A DNA stretch of 64,000 nucleotides. Source: an uncultured virus (IMG/VR IMGVR_UViG_3300029309_000020). Its lineage: Duplodnaviria; Heunggongvirae; Uroviricota; Caudoviricetes. Positions 29,901-38,529 of the stretch are shown here, in pieces (position 1 is the stretch's first letter; the number at the start of each line of letters is the position of its first letter). A model generated the notes under the pieces. It searched no databases, was not told where the DNA came from, and saw only the letters and a program-made list of their open reading frames with translations. The position numbers and the translations under genes are program-made. The stretch lies in the IMG/VR virus record IMGVR_UViG_3300029309_000020; one strand, given 5' to 3'.

Positions 29901-32900
29901 TAAAAAATTAAAAACTTTTGGATCAGGTAAAAATAAACTTAGCATACAAGAATATGTAAAAACAGAAGAGTTTAAAAATAACGAAGCTAAAAAATTACCG
30001 GCATTAAAAAATATATTTTTAACTATTGAACAAATATTAAAAGATGACCCCGAAGCGTTACCTTATATAATAGAATTATTAGCAGACTCTGCTAAAAATC
30101 AGGGGCACTTTATGCGGTTTTTAGCGCCATTTAAGTTTTTTACAAAAAACTCTGATGCTATTGTTGTAGAAGAACATAGCTTACCACAAATAATAGTTAC
30201 TAAATTTTTACTTCAATCAGCCTTAAACGGTAACGTTGAACAAAACTTTGGCTATATTGAAAAAAATTATTTTCAAGGAGCTTTAGAAAGAGTCCACGAT
30301 AACATGCTTCAGGGTGAGTTTGAAGGTAGAAAATTTAACTTTAAACAAAAACTTTTAGATGGTCAAATGTGGGATGATTCCACTTGGGCTAGATATTTTA
30401 ATAAGCTTGTTGAAACTAATGGTGGTATACCTCCGTCTGTTTATCAATTAACAAACGGCAAAACAATAGCTGAAGAATTCAATGTAACTAGTTCTGGAAT
30501 ATTAGGTAACTTACAACTACAAGAAGAAACTAAAAGCAAAGTACCAAACAAACTACAGTCTGCATTACAAATGCAAGAAGCAAACACGCCTAATTCTGAA
30601 TTAACAAATAACGAAGCAATAGAGGCTTTAAGTGATATGCTTGGTAGCATTTATGGTTACAACGTTGTTTCAGGAAATAAAGATAAGGCTAGGAAAGCTT
30701 TAAAAGATATAGGCTATGACGATAAAACAATTGATTATGCTTTAGAGCAGATGGGCTTCAATGACCCTTTATCCGGAACAATTTATATAAACTCTGATAA
30801 AGCTGGTATAGACACTCCTATGCATGAATTTACTCACGCATGGGCTGAAGTCGTAAATAAAAAAGACCCGTCTTTATTTGAAGCTATATATGATAAGTTG
30901 AAAGGTCACTCTTTATATGAAACCGCTGTAAAAAGAATGGCAAAGGGTAAAACTTATTCTAAGTTAGATTCTGATTCTTTTGCTTATAAAAATGAAATAA
31001 TGGCTTTCATCTTAGGTGAAGAAGGTAAGTCTTTATATGAAATTTTTGAAGGTGATACTGAGGCAAAAACTTTAATTGATAAGTTTTTTGATTATGTAAA
31101 AGAAGCTTTAGGTTTTGATCCTGCAACTAAAAACTTTGCAGATTTAACAATAAATGAAGTAGTTAAACTTTCTGTTAAAGATATAATGGAAGGTAACCCT
31201 GCTGCTAATTTTAACAAACTACAAAATGTTGCTGAAGGAAAATCATGGTTTCAAAAATCCGAATCCAATATTAGTAAAAGTGCTAAAGCTAAAGCTGATC
31301 CTATAGTAAGGGCTTTTAATAAACTTAAACTATCTTATAGAGAAAATAAAAACCTAGCTGAAGCTATAAATGATGCTTACGAAGAAGTTGAAGGTATTAT
31401 AGAATTTGAAGATTTTGTGAATCTTGTTGTACAAAATACAAAAGAAGTAAATACTGGCAAAACAAATCAACTTCTTATAGCTAAAGCTGAAGTTATAAAA
31501 GCAAATAAAATTGCAGAAGAAAGCGTTAAAAAATTAGCAGAAGATAAAATAAAAGCTGATCGCGCTGAAGAACTTCAAAATGAATTTAGAAGATTAATTT
31601 ATATAGCTGCCGCAGAAGGTACTAAACCGTCTAGATGGTTTATTCCACCAAATGCAGAAGATTTTAAAGGTTTGCTATACACATTTCTTCCTAAAGGTGA
31701 GAAAGGCCTTAAAGCTAGGAAATGGATGGAAGAAACTTTATTAAAACCATACTCTGATGCTATAGCAGCTCTCGACACTGAAATATTAAACAAGAGTAAA
31801 GCTTGGGAAAAAATGTCAAAAGGTTTTGATTTTAATTCTAAAGTTGAAGGCACTCCATACACAATTGGCGATGCTATAAAAGTTTATAATGCTCTGCAAG
31901 AAGGTAATGATCCTGGAATTGCTAAGCAAAAACATTTAGATGCTTTAATACATGCTGTAGAAAGTGATAGCACTATTCTTAATTTAGCTAATGAAATGGC
32001 TGATGTATTCCCTATTGAATTATCTAATGGTTGGCAAGGAAGAACTTTGGCTAAAGAAGTTTTTGATTCTATTAATAACGGCGCTAGAAAAAGACATTTA
32101 GAGACTTTTAGTGGCAATGTTGATGCAATATTTAATGACACTACTTTAGATTTAATATCTGATCAATATGGTGATAGATTTAGGCAGGCATTAGTTTCTA
32201 CATTAAGAAGAATGAAAACAGGTAGAAATAGAGTATCAACAGATGCCAATGCTAATGTTTATATGAACTGGCTAAATAGAGCTGTTGGAACAACTATGTT
32301 CTTAAACACCCGCTCTGCTGCTCTTCAGTTATTATCTTCACTTAACTTTATAGGCAAACCTGATAATAATTTATTTGCAGCTACAGCAGCTTTTGCAAAT
32401 CAAAAGCAATGGCGTGAAGATTATAATAAATTGTGGAATAGTGATTATTTAGTTAATCGTAGAGAAGGCGCAAAGTTTGATGTACTAGCAGATGAACTAG
32501 CTGAGGGAGATGTTAAAGGTTTAAATAAACTTTTAAAGTTTGGATTTTTACCAACAAGATATGCTGATAGTTATGCTATTGCTTTAGGGGGTGCTGCATT
32601 TTATAGAAACAGAGCAAACTCTTACATGAAGCAAGGTATGAGTAAAGCTGATGCAGAAGCAAAAGCTTTAGTCGATTGGAGAGAATCTGCAGAAGAATCT
32701 CAACAATCATCCGATCCTTCAAGAATATCTGAAATACAAGCTTCTGCTGTAGGTAAAATTATTTATGCATTTGCAAATACACCTTTTCAATATGCTAGAA
32801 TAGTTAAAAGAAAGTTACAAGATATTACATCTGGTAGATCTGCAGCTGAAGGTTCTCTTAGGCGAGACATGCAAACAATATTTTATTATGCTGGAGCACA

Positions 32901-33819
32901 AGCTATAATGTTTAACGCATTACAATCTGGATTAGTTGCATTATTAATGTCTGATGATGATGACAAAGAAAATGAAGAGCTAAAAAGCGAAAAGTATGCT
33001 TTAGCTATTGAAAGGGCATTAACTTCTTTTGCTAAGTCTACAGGTAATCCTGGAGCAGTAACTGCAACATTATACTCTATGTTACAAGAGGCTTACAAGC
33101 AGCAAACTGGGCAAAAGCGTCCTGATGCAAATGCTTTCGCAATAACAGCTACATCTATTTCTCCACCGTTAAATTCTAAAATTAGAGATTTAGCCGGAGC
33201 ATATAGAGCGTTTAATAAAATAGATGAAGATGACGTATTGACACCTTCTTTAGATAATGAAGCTTTAACCATGGCTGGTGAAATTGCTTCTTTTGGTGGT
33301 GTACCTTTAGATAGAGTAATTAGAAAAGCTAGACATCTTGCGGCTATTAAAAATGAAGAAGCTGAACTATGGCAAAAGCTTTGGATGCTAGCTGGCTGGA
33401 GTGAATGGGAGCTTGGTGTAGATAAAGGTAATAATGCTACGAAATTTAAAGATGTTAAATTTAAAGATTTAGATTTTGAAGAAGTTGAATTTAAAGATTC
33501 TGCTTTTAATAAATTAAAAAAAGGCGTAGCAGGACAAGCTAATAGAGACGGTACTATAGAGATAGATCCTAATTTATCGCCAGTAGAAAAAGCTAAAACG
33601 GTTGCGCACGAAAAGCAACATGTGAAAGATATGAAAAGTGGAATACTTGATTATGATGATAGCTTTGTATACTGGAAGAATAAAAAGTTTAAGCGGAAAG
33701 GCGGAAAAATACTTTATAATGGTAAATACCATATAGAAGGTGATCCAAAGTTACCGTGGGAAAAACGCGCATATAATGCAGAGCCTACAACTAAACAGGC
33801 TAAAAAGCTATATGCTTAA
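26920..33819 (+). CDS. Giant multidomain (polyvalent) ejection protein with a sigma-region-2-like segment and two HExxH metallopeptidase domains
   Basis: 2299 aa; hydrophobic Gly/Ala helices; GL...V.SYDP..GV..AAYL at ~aa 620-640; HEFTH at ~aa 1300; HEKQH at ~aa 2230; last gene of the late arm. Confidence 0.75.
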   Translation: MNEEEFIAKLKETAGRMQAEGIDPTQIQGFIDQKKNEWIAISSGKEPATAGETADVVAQQPNGLASQLASGLSEPPEEDEGFFEGLYDVASKGYASAGATAETIDIMSSGYKSDEELQAYIEAKEEARSAENIIKSQQEFAEKVEKFKQEGDNGFLAGFKAFADDPSMGLDVMISSLAGQVRAAQEAPGVVAASTAAGAAAGTFVVPAFGTVSGGLAGLRLSSMAVMEAQATFSELLDEKMKEQGLNLKSTADLRKVLDDEDSMDSIRRKAVGRGLAIGTIEAIFGKLAGAAGKTVNKASRLSKVGGAVKAVGVEAAGGMVGETAGMLVAGQELAGEEILLEGIAGTVFAPAQIAAEGLNAKADYRLNGEKLNNKKAINEVVENSSDEDFVNTKINVKNDKDLSNKIQERRKKIIRNNKEAVKDKIAPKKAEELKAKINKEIKIAEKQLKEVQEKDGDLATAPFEVRIKRLKSQLEEVDNHINFQLDELSEDETLALMNMDDDVSLFQSIINDPNSSDAAKKSAKAEIQKIKAAQIYTLNNTDSADLARPDGPKKQKNIDLSEKTQQAYEKGGANNYGEIAEHQMGTIKSIATSLWSRIPNDKKVGTYDDFVAAIISEPGGLRDMVKSYDPSLGVPLAAYLGNKKSGLRKRANRIVKKLTKQDIQQSTDSTEALNQFGEETDVDGINFGPRFNYQKLGLSKVLGDIESDVEIGLQKTINELQDLSEATQKKRQTQAERAFNSIFKNKYDKVIKDFIGKNTKTSQDFTDFIDKNFDVLKNIALNNINFQKGGGVSNTWNTYAPSKQDFIDYYEGKDIAEGKPASIKSDRKKSLVDAIVADLSKSAREAYFETRPDEQTAFNEEQQISFQESLNELYEIPGQNIFMKDQEMIRNSDEVNSYNKTWKKIAADNKVERLDRNDSNFRKNFREKFMLKHANKFPKNLWVASIVGFYESSSNKNDSAIFGNKQGVNEQIQGVEFNDNIEQLPNRFVFTSDKKLKTFGSGKNKLSIQEYVKTEEFKNNEAKKLPALKNIFLTIEQILKDDPEALPYIIELLADSAKNQGHFMRFLAPFKFFTKNSDAIVVEEHSLPQIIVTKFLLQSALNGNVEQNFGYIEKNYFQGALERVHDNMLQGEFEGRKFNFKQKLLDGQMWDDSTWARYFNKLVETNGGIPPSVYQLTNGKTIAEEFNVTSSGILGNLQLQEETKSKVPNKLQSALQMQEANTPNSELTNNEAIEALSDMLGSIYGYNVVSGNKDKARKALKDIGYDDKTIDYALEQMGFNDPLSGTIYINSDKAGIDTPMHEFTHAWAEVVNKKDPSLFEAIYDKLKGHSLYETAVKRMAKGKTYSKLDSDSFAYKNEIMAFILGEEGKSLYEIFEGDTEAKTLIDKFFDYVKEALGFDPATKNFADLTINEVVKLSVKDIMEGNPAANFNKLQNVAEGKSWFQKSESNISKSAKAKADPIVRAFNKLKLSYRENKNLAEAINDAYEEVEGIIEFEDFVNLVVQNTKEVNTGKTNQLLIAKAEVIKANKIAEESVKKLAEDKIKADRAEELQNEFRRLIYIAAAEGTKPSRWFIPPNAEDFKGLLYTFLPKGEKGLKARKWMEETLLKPYSDAIAALDTEILNKSKAWEKMSKGFDFNSKVEGTPYTIGDAIKVYNALQEGNDPGIAKQKHLDALIHAVESDSTILNLANEMADVFPIELSNGWQGRTLAKEVFDSINNGARKRHLETFSGNVDAIFNDTTLDLISDQYGDRFRQALVSTLRRMKTGRNRVSTDANANVYMNWLNRAVGTTMFLNTRSAALQLLSSLNFIGKPDNNLFAATAAFANQKQWREDYNKLWNSDYLVNRREGAKFDVLADELAEGDVKGLNKLLKFGFLPTRYADSYAIALGGAAFYRNRANSYMKQGMSKADAEAKALVDWRESAEESQQSSDPSRISEIQASAVGKIIYAFANTPFQYARIVKRKLQDITSGRSAAEGSLRRDMQTIFYYAGAQAIMFNALQSGLVALLMSDDDDKENEELKSEKYALAIERALTSFAKSTGNPGAVTATLYSMLQEAYKQQTGQKRPDANAFAITATSISPPLNSKIRDLAGAYRAFNKIDEDDVLTPSLDNEALTMAGEIASFGGVPLDRVIRKARHLAAIKNEEAELWQKLWMLAGWSEWELGVDKGNNATKFKDVKFKDLDFEEVEFKDSAFNKLKKGVAGQANRDGTIEIDPNLSPVEKAKTVAHEKQHVKDMKSGILDYDDSFVYWKNKKFKRKGGKILYNGKYHIEGDPKLPWEKRAYNAEPTTKQAKKLYA

Positions 33820-33821
33820 AT

Positions 33822-33862
33822 AAAAAAAAGGGGATAATACCAATTACGGCGTTATCCCCTTT
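33822..33862. terminator. Intrinsic terminator between the convergent arms (strong on - strand, probably bidirectional)
   Basis: Minus strand reads GGGGATAACGCC-GTAATT-GGTATTATCCCC-TTTTTTTT. Confidence 0.8.
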
Positions 33863-33866
33863 ATTA

Positions 33867-35609
33867 TTATCCATCACAGCTTAAACAATCAGGATCCATA
33901 GCTGCTGCTGCTATATCTCCCCTTAGCACTGATTCGGTTCTAGTATAATATAATGTTTTTATACCGCGTTTCCAAGCTTCTATATGTACTTGATTTAACC
34001 ACCTCGGCGGTGCTTCTGAAGGAAATGCTAAATTTAAAGAAACAGATTGATCTATATAATCCTGTCTTATACCGGCTTGTCTTACAAGTTCTAATTGATT
34101 TATTTCTTTAAATGTTTTAAATACATTTTTTACTGGTTCTCCTTCTTGTTGATTAAGTCTTCCTCCGTGATCGTAATACCATCCATCAAATTGTTTAATT
34201 CCTTGAATGGATCCACCATCTGCAAGAATTTTATCCCAAGTTTCTTTATTATTGATACCAACTTTTCTTAATGCTTTTTCTAATTCTTTATTTCTTCTAA
34301 TAAAAGTTCCTTTAGCTGATTGTTCTGTAAAAACATTTGCAGCCCAAGGTTCAATACCGGGAGATACATTTCCCGCTAGCTTGCTATTTGAAACTGTAGG
34401 TGCTATAGCTCTAAGATGTGTATTACGAAATCCTGTACCAACACACCATAAAGGCTCACCATAAGTTTCAGCTAAAGCTCTTGAAGCTCTTTCAGTTTCA
34501 ATTTTTATTTTTGAAAATATTTCCCGCGTTTTGAATTGCGCTAATAAACTCTCGAATGCTATTCCGTTTTTTTGCAATAGGCTGTGCCACCCAAGGACAC
34601 CTAATCCTAGTGCTCTTCCCTTCTCCGCACTGCGTACAGAGTTCTCGAATCCCTTCATATTCTTCGCCCGCTGAATAAACTCTTCTAGCACACCGTCCAG
34701 GAACCAAGTTGCGTCGTAAATTAAATTCGTATTCTTCCACTCGTCGTATCTATCTAAATTAACCGATGATAAACAACATACAAAACTATGTGACTCATCT
34801 GTATGCAATACTATTTCGCTACAAATATTAGTCATGTGAACTTTTAAACTGTTCTTTTTGTATGCCTCTGGGTTATTTTTGTTTGTATTCCCCTTAAATA
34901 AAATATAAGGCTCTCCAGTCGCTTTACGCTTTTGGAGTAATCTTGCCCACTTCTTTCTTGCTTCAGGATCTCCTCCTTCAAGATTTCGCATGAACTTGTC
35001 GCCGACCACAGCGCACTGGTGGAGGTTGAGTGATTGCCTGTTAACATCTCCTTTTGGTTCTCTAATTTCAATCCACTCGTCAAAGTCGGGATGGTCAATA
35101 TTGATATTAACGCTTGCAGCTCCTCTTCTGACAGAACCTTGATTAGTGGCAAGTATAGTTGAATCGTAAACCTTACAAAATGGCACCACTCCATCACTTG
35201 TTCCATTACCTGTAATTTTAGAACCGGCGGGTCTAATCATGTTAATGCCAATACCAACACCGCCGCCATGCTTGGCTAATAGCATCATTTCTAAATTTTT
35301 TGTACCTATCTCGTATATACTATCACCTACATCAATACCGAAACAACTAATAGGTAAGCCTCTGTCTGTACCTGTATTAGAGAGCACAGGTGAAGCTAAA
35401 CATAGCCATCCATCCCATATGTATTGAAAAAACTTTTGGGCTAGTTCTGGCTTATATAAACGCCTTGCAACAGCTCTTGCTACTCGAAGATATGCATCTT
35501 TCGGTGTTTCTCCCGGTAATAAATAACCGCCTGCTATAGTTTTTTTATACACATCAGTATCACCCCATACCGGGTAATCTTCTCCTTTTTTCCAATCGTT
35601 ATTCCACAT
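33867..35609 (-). CDS. nrdA: Class I ribonucleotide reductase alpha subunit (no ATP cone)
   Basis: ASPVLSN, PISCF, GGGVG, TNICSEI, AIAPT.S, KTLYY, C-terminal CLSCDG. Confidence 0.95.
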   Translation of the reverse strand: MWNNDWKKGEDYPVWGDTDVYKKTIAGGYLLPGETPKDAYLRVARAVARRLYKPELAQKFFQYIWDGWLCLASPVLSNTGTDRGLPISCFGIDVGDSIYEIGTKNLEMMLLAKHGGGVGIGINMIRPAGSKITGNGTSDGVVPFCKVYDSTILATNQGSVRRGAASVNINIDHPDFDEWIEIREPKGDVNRQSLNLHQCAVVGDKFMRNLEGGDPEARKKWARLLQKRKATGEPYILFKGNTNKNNPEAYKKNSLKVHMTNICSEIVLHTDESHSFVCCLSSVNLDRYDEWKNTNLIYDATWFLDGVLEEFIQRAKNMKGFENSVRSAEKGRALGLGVLGWHSLLQKNGIAFESLLAQFKTREIFSKIKIETERASRALAETYGEPLWCVGTGFRNTHLRAIAPTVSNSKLAGNVSPGIEPWAANVFTEQSAKGTFIRRNKELEKALRKVGINNKETWDKILADGGSIQGIKQFDGWYYDHGGRLNQQEGEPVKNVFKTFKEINQLELVRQAGIRQDYIDQSVSLNLAFPSEAPPRWLNQVHIEAWKRGIKTLYYTRTESVLRGDIAAAAMDPDCLSCDG

Positions 35610-35959
35610 TATAAATTATAAAAATATATTATGTAACCTAAAGCTACATTTAAATTAACAATTACTAAGTTCCATTGTTTAGCAATCCATACCTGAGGAG
35701 TGCATAACAAACCACCCACTATGTAAGTTATAGCGCCGACCGAACCATATTGTAATAAATAAGGAGAGATCATTATAAATCCCGCGCCCATATAGCCTAT
35801 TCTATTAGATAGCCTTTCTATTGGTGTAAGTTTTCTTTCTTTTACAAGGCTACGCAACCAACGTTGGTTAAACCTAAATTCACATTTAAGACATGTTTTT
35901 TTGTTTAACCTAAAACGATCTTCGCTTTTTTCTTTATGGCATTTATTACATATTTTCAT
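35609..35959 (-). CDS. Zn-ribbon (CxxC...CxxC) fused to a small multi-TM domain
   Basis: CNKC...CLKC, then about three hydrophobic segments containing TPQ. Confidence 0.65.
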   Translation of the reverse strand: MKICNKCHKEKSEDRFRLNKKTCLKCEFRFNQRWLRSLVKERKLTPIERLSNRIGYMGAGFIMISPYLLQYGSVGAITYIVGGLLCTPQVWIAKQWNLVIVNLNVALGYIIYFYNL

Positions 35960-35962
35960 AGC

Positions 35963-36940
35963 TTACCAAATATCTTCAAAATCTTCTCCTTCGTTAGCTT
36001 TTGAGTAATCAGTAGGCCTAACAGCAAAGAAGTCAGTATGAGTATGCCCCCCGGTAAGATGATAGAACCAGTCAAGATTGCTTGCTGCGACTTCGTCAAA
36101 TTTGAAAACGTCGGACCGGAAGTTTGTGTAACCAAGTTCATTGATTTTTTCATTAAGTCTTTTTCGTATAAATTGTTTGAGGTCGTAAGATTTAAGATTT
36201 TCAATGTCCCCTTGTTCAAACATTTTATCAATGTATCTTTCTTCTGCTTCGAGCATAGCTGTTGCTGCTTCAATAACGTGTTCATAACAATCATTTTGTA
36301 ATCCATTAGTTTCTTTACACATATGCCTAAAAAGTCTGCAACCCATTTTACTGTGTAGTGATTCATCTCTTACTGACCATTTCATTTGTTGCCCAATACC
36401 TTTGAGTAAATTACGTAACTGAAAAGAATAAAGAACAGCAAAAGCAGAATAGAGACTAACCCCTTCCGCAAAAGCACTAAATACAGCAAGTGACTTACCA
36501 ATCCCAATTGGATCAGTACCACTATAACTAACAAGATTATCAAACCGTGCAGCTGTTGTAGGTTCGTGTAAAAACGCTTCAAAATTTTCAAGACCAAGTG
36601 TTTCATTTAAATAAGAATAAGCGACAGCATGTATTGTTTCTTGTGAACCAAACATCATAGCCATTTGTTGTATTTCATGTTTAGGAAACCACCCTACAAC
36701 TTTTTGTGTCCAGTAATCTGATACTGCACATTCTGTTTGAGCAAAACCTAATAATATATTACCTACTAAATTCTTTTCAGATTTAGTTAATTTTTCGTTC
36801 CAATCTTTAACGTCACCTTGCATTGGTATTTCTGTATGTAACCAAAATGCCTGTGCTTGTTTTAGCCAACCTTCGTTGTAATATTCTGGGTATTCAAATG
36901 GTTTATACGGTATCCTTTCCTTGAATAGGCTCATTCTCAA
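35963..36940 (-). CDS. nrdB: Class I ribonucleotide reductase beta subunit
   Basis: YKPFEYP, W...E, ETIHAVAYS, EG..LYSAF, RDESLH di-metal ligands, DFF. Confidence 0.95.
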   Translation of the reverse strand: MRMSLFKERIPYKPFEYPEYYNEGWLKQAQAFWLHTEIPMQGDVKDWNEKLTKSEKNLVGNILLGFAQTECAVSDYWTQKVVGWFPKHEIQQMAMMFGSQETIHAVAYSYLNETLGLENFEAFLHEPTTAARFDNLVSYSGTDPIGIGKSLAVFSAFAEGVSLYSAFAVLYSFQLRNLLKGIGQQMKWSVRDESLHSKMGCRLFRHMCKETNGLQNDCYEHVIEAATAMLEAEERYIDKMFEQGDIENLKSYDLKQFIRKRLNEKINELGYTNFRSDVFKFDEVAASNLDWFYHLTGGHTHTDFFAVRPTDYSKANEGEDFEDIW

Positions 36941-37127
36941 TTTGTTTTTTAGCGTGTTCGTCTTTTAATTCTTCTAATGCTTCCCTGTATCCTGGAATTT
37001 TCTTTAATAGCCTCATTGTTCCCACACTTAAGTCTTTAATATAAGATACTTCTTTAGACAATATATTTAAAACATTACCTAAAGTTTCAATCTTATTCTG
37101 CATTTCTAATAATTTACTTTCCTTCAT
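36903..37127 (-). CDS. Hypothetical coiled-coil protein
   Basis: 74-aa ORF in the packed operon. Confidence 0.6.
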   Translation of the reverse strand: MKESKLLEMQNKIETLGNVLNILSKEVSYIKDLSVGTMRLLKKIPGYREALEELKDEHAKKQIENEPIQGKDTV

Positions 37128-37341
37128 CTTCTTCGTTTTTAGTAAAGTATTTTTTAAGAGCGGTCATTCTGTCGTCTGCATCGACAAGCATTTGTAATGC
37201 TTCTTCTGCGTTATTGTAAAAATCTTCGGTCGAGTGATCCCCAATACCTACAGCTTTATTGCCTAATAGGCTTAAAGTTAATAGTGCTTTTGATTTATCT
37301 GCCTGTGCAGATGTAAATAACATTTGATATAATTCATTCAT
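37114..37341 (-). CDS. Hypothetical phage protein
   Basis: 75 aa, helical hairpin with a VGIGDH motif. Confidence 0.65.
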   Translation of the reverse strand: MNELYQMLFTSAQADKSKALLTLSLLGNKAVGIGDHSTEDFYNNAEEALQMLVDADDRMTALKKYFTKNEEDEGK

Positions 37342-37475
37342 CTTCCTTGTCCTTTATAAGATTTAATATAATTTTTGCTTGATTTTAATTTTGATGTTTT
37401 GCTCTTGGCGTGAACGCCAGGTCTTTTTATTTTTTTACTAGGTGTAAAACTATTTACATTACTCCTCCGAGGCAT
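37338..37475 (-). CDS. Small basic protein ending KSYKGQGR (45 aa)
   Basis: Hand-translated MPRRSNVNSFTPSKKIKRPGVHAKSKTSKLKSSKNYIKSYKGQGR; ATGA overlap with the next gene. Confidence 0.65.
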   Translation of the reverse strand: MPRRSNVNSFTPSKKIKRPGVHAKSKTSKLKSSKNYIKSYKGQGR

Positions 37476-37608
37476 CTTTAAATACAGTTAAACATAATTC
37501 AACAAAAGGAACATATAGTACATGCTCCCACGTAGTTGGGTTATCATAGCTTCTTGCACCTATAACAAATCCTGGATAGAATCCTAAAGAAAGTTCCCAA
37601 GCCGTCAT
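37459..37608 (-). CDS. Small hypothetical protein (49 aa)
   Basis: Hand-translated MTAWELSLGFYPGFVIGARSY...LYVPFVELCLTVFKDASEE. Confidence 0.55.
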   Translation of the reverse strand: MTAWELSLGFYPGFVIGARSYDNPTTWEHVLYVPFVELCLTVFKDASEE

Positions 37609-37787
37609 TTTATTTTTTCGTTTAAATAATATAATAATAATTTCATATGAAAGTCTATTCTTTCTGTGTAATATTCTTGTAAATCAAATTCCGTATCTTC
37701 CATGTATTTCTAGTATTTCTTCATACTTTATTGAATTTTTCTTTAATAACGATTTAACTTCTTTTTCAATTTTTCTTCTTTTGTACA

Positions 37788-38246
37788 TTATCTGCGCTTG
37801 TTTTTTCTTTTTTCTTTTATCATCTGTATCGTTAAATCCACTTCCTTTTGATTTTGCGGCTTGTAAAGCGTCTTTCCAATATTGTTTTTCGTTAGCCATA
37901 ATTTAAAAAGTTTCCATCTTAATGGGAAGGACTCGTTGGCTCTTCCCTTACATTCTATAATATAATCTTTCCCGGTAAAATCTGGTGTGTATTTTATACC
38001 TAAAATTTTTTTCATTCCACGATTAACATAATCACCTTTTCCATTAGCTTGCTTTTCATATGACTCATTTTTAAAATTAAACGCATCTATTAATGCAAAA
38101 CTTTCTCCCTCATATAATTCAAATAGCTTCGCTTTTTTTAAAGCAATATATGTGTATCTTTCTAATCCTGAAGCAAAATTAATTCCGTCGTAAGATATTT
38201 TTTTAGCCGTTACAGGCCCTCGCTTTTTACTTTTTTTGTATCTCAT
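37788..38246 (-). CDS. PD-(D/E)XK endonuclease (T7 endonuclease I / resolvase-like)
   Basis: DGI.FAS.LE, YTPDF, IIECKG. Confidence 0.8.
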   Translation of the reverse strand: MRYKKSKKRGPVTAKKISYDGINFASGLERYTYIALKKAKLFELYEGESFALIDAFNFKNESYEKQANGKGDYVNRGMKKILGIKYTPDFTGKDYIIECKGRANESFPLRWKLFKLWLTKNNIGKTLYKPQNQKEVDLTIQMIKEKRKNKRR

Positions 38247-38529
38247 TACTATAATTAGTTGTCCAGTACTCCGGCTCAGGATATGCAGATATTAATTCAG
38301 GATCTTTAACCTCTAGATCACGTATATAACACTCTTCAATTTCTTCGCGAAGTGACATACGTGTCTTTTCAATATAGTTTACAGCATCCATAAGCTCTTC
38401 TTGTATATGGTTAAGCCACATATCTAATGGCTGGGTATCATCGTACAAAGTAACGCCATACTTTTTAAAACCAACTTTAGAGCGTCCTTTTATTTTATTT
38501 ATTACACTTTGTATTATTTTATCCTTCAT
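38227..38529 (-). CDS. Putative all-alpha nucleotide pyrophosphohydrolase-like protein
   Basis: R...G.KKYG.TL...WLNH.QEE.MDA..Y; lies in the nucleotide metabolism cluster. Confidence 0.45.
   Translation of the reverse strand: MKDKIIQSVINKIKGRSKVGFKKYGVTLYDDTQPLDMWLNHIQEELMDAVNYIEKTRMSLREEIEECYIRDLEVKDPELISAYPEPEYWTTNYSNEIQKK

Noticed and set aside
8971..32141. Antisense ORFs opposite structural genes (e.g. 8971-9258, 21915-22265, 25171-25545, 27327-27671)
   Set aside because: They are typical reverse-frame shadows with S/L/F-rich, featureless translations, running against the operon direction.
26920..33819. Virion RNA polymerase, as in crAss-like or N4-like phages
   Set aside because: No DxDGD/DFDID catalytic motif or other RNAP signature was found by eye.
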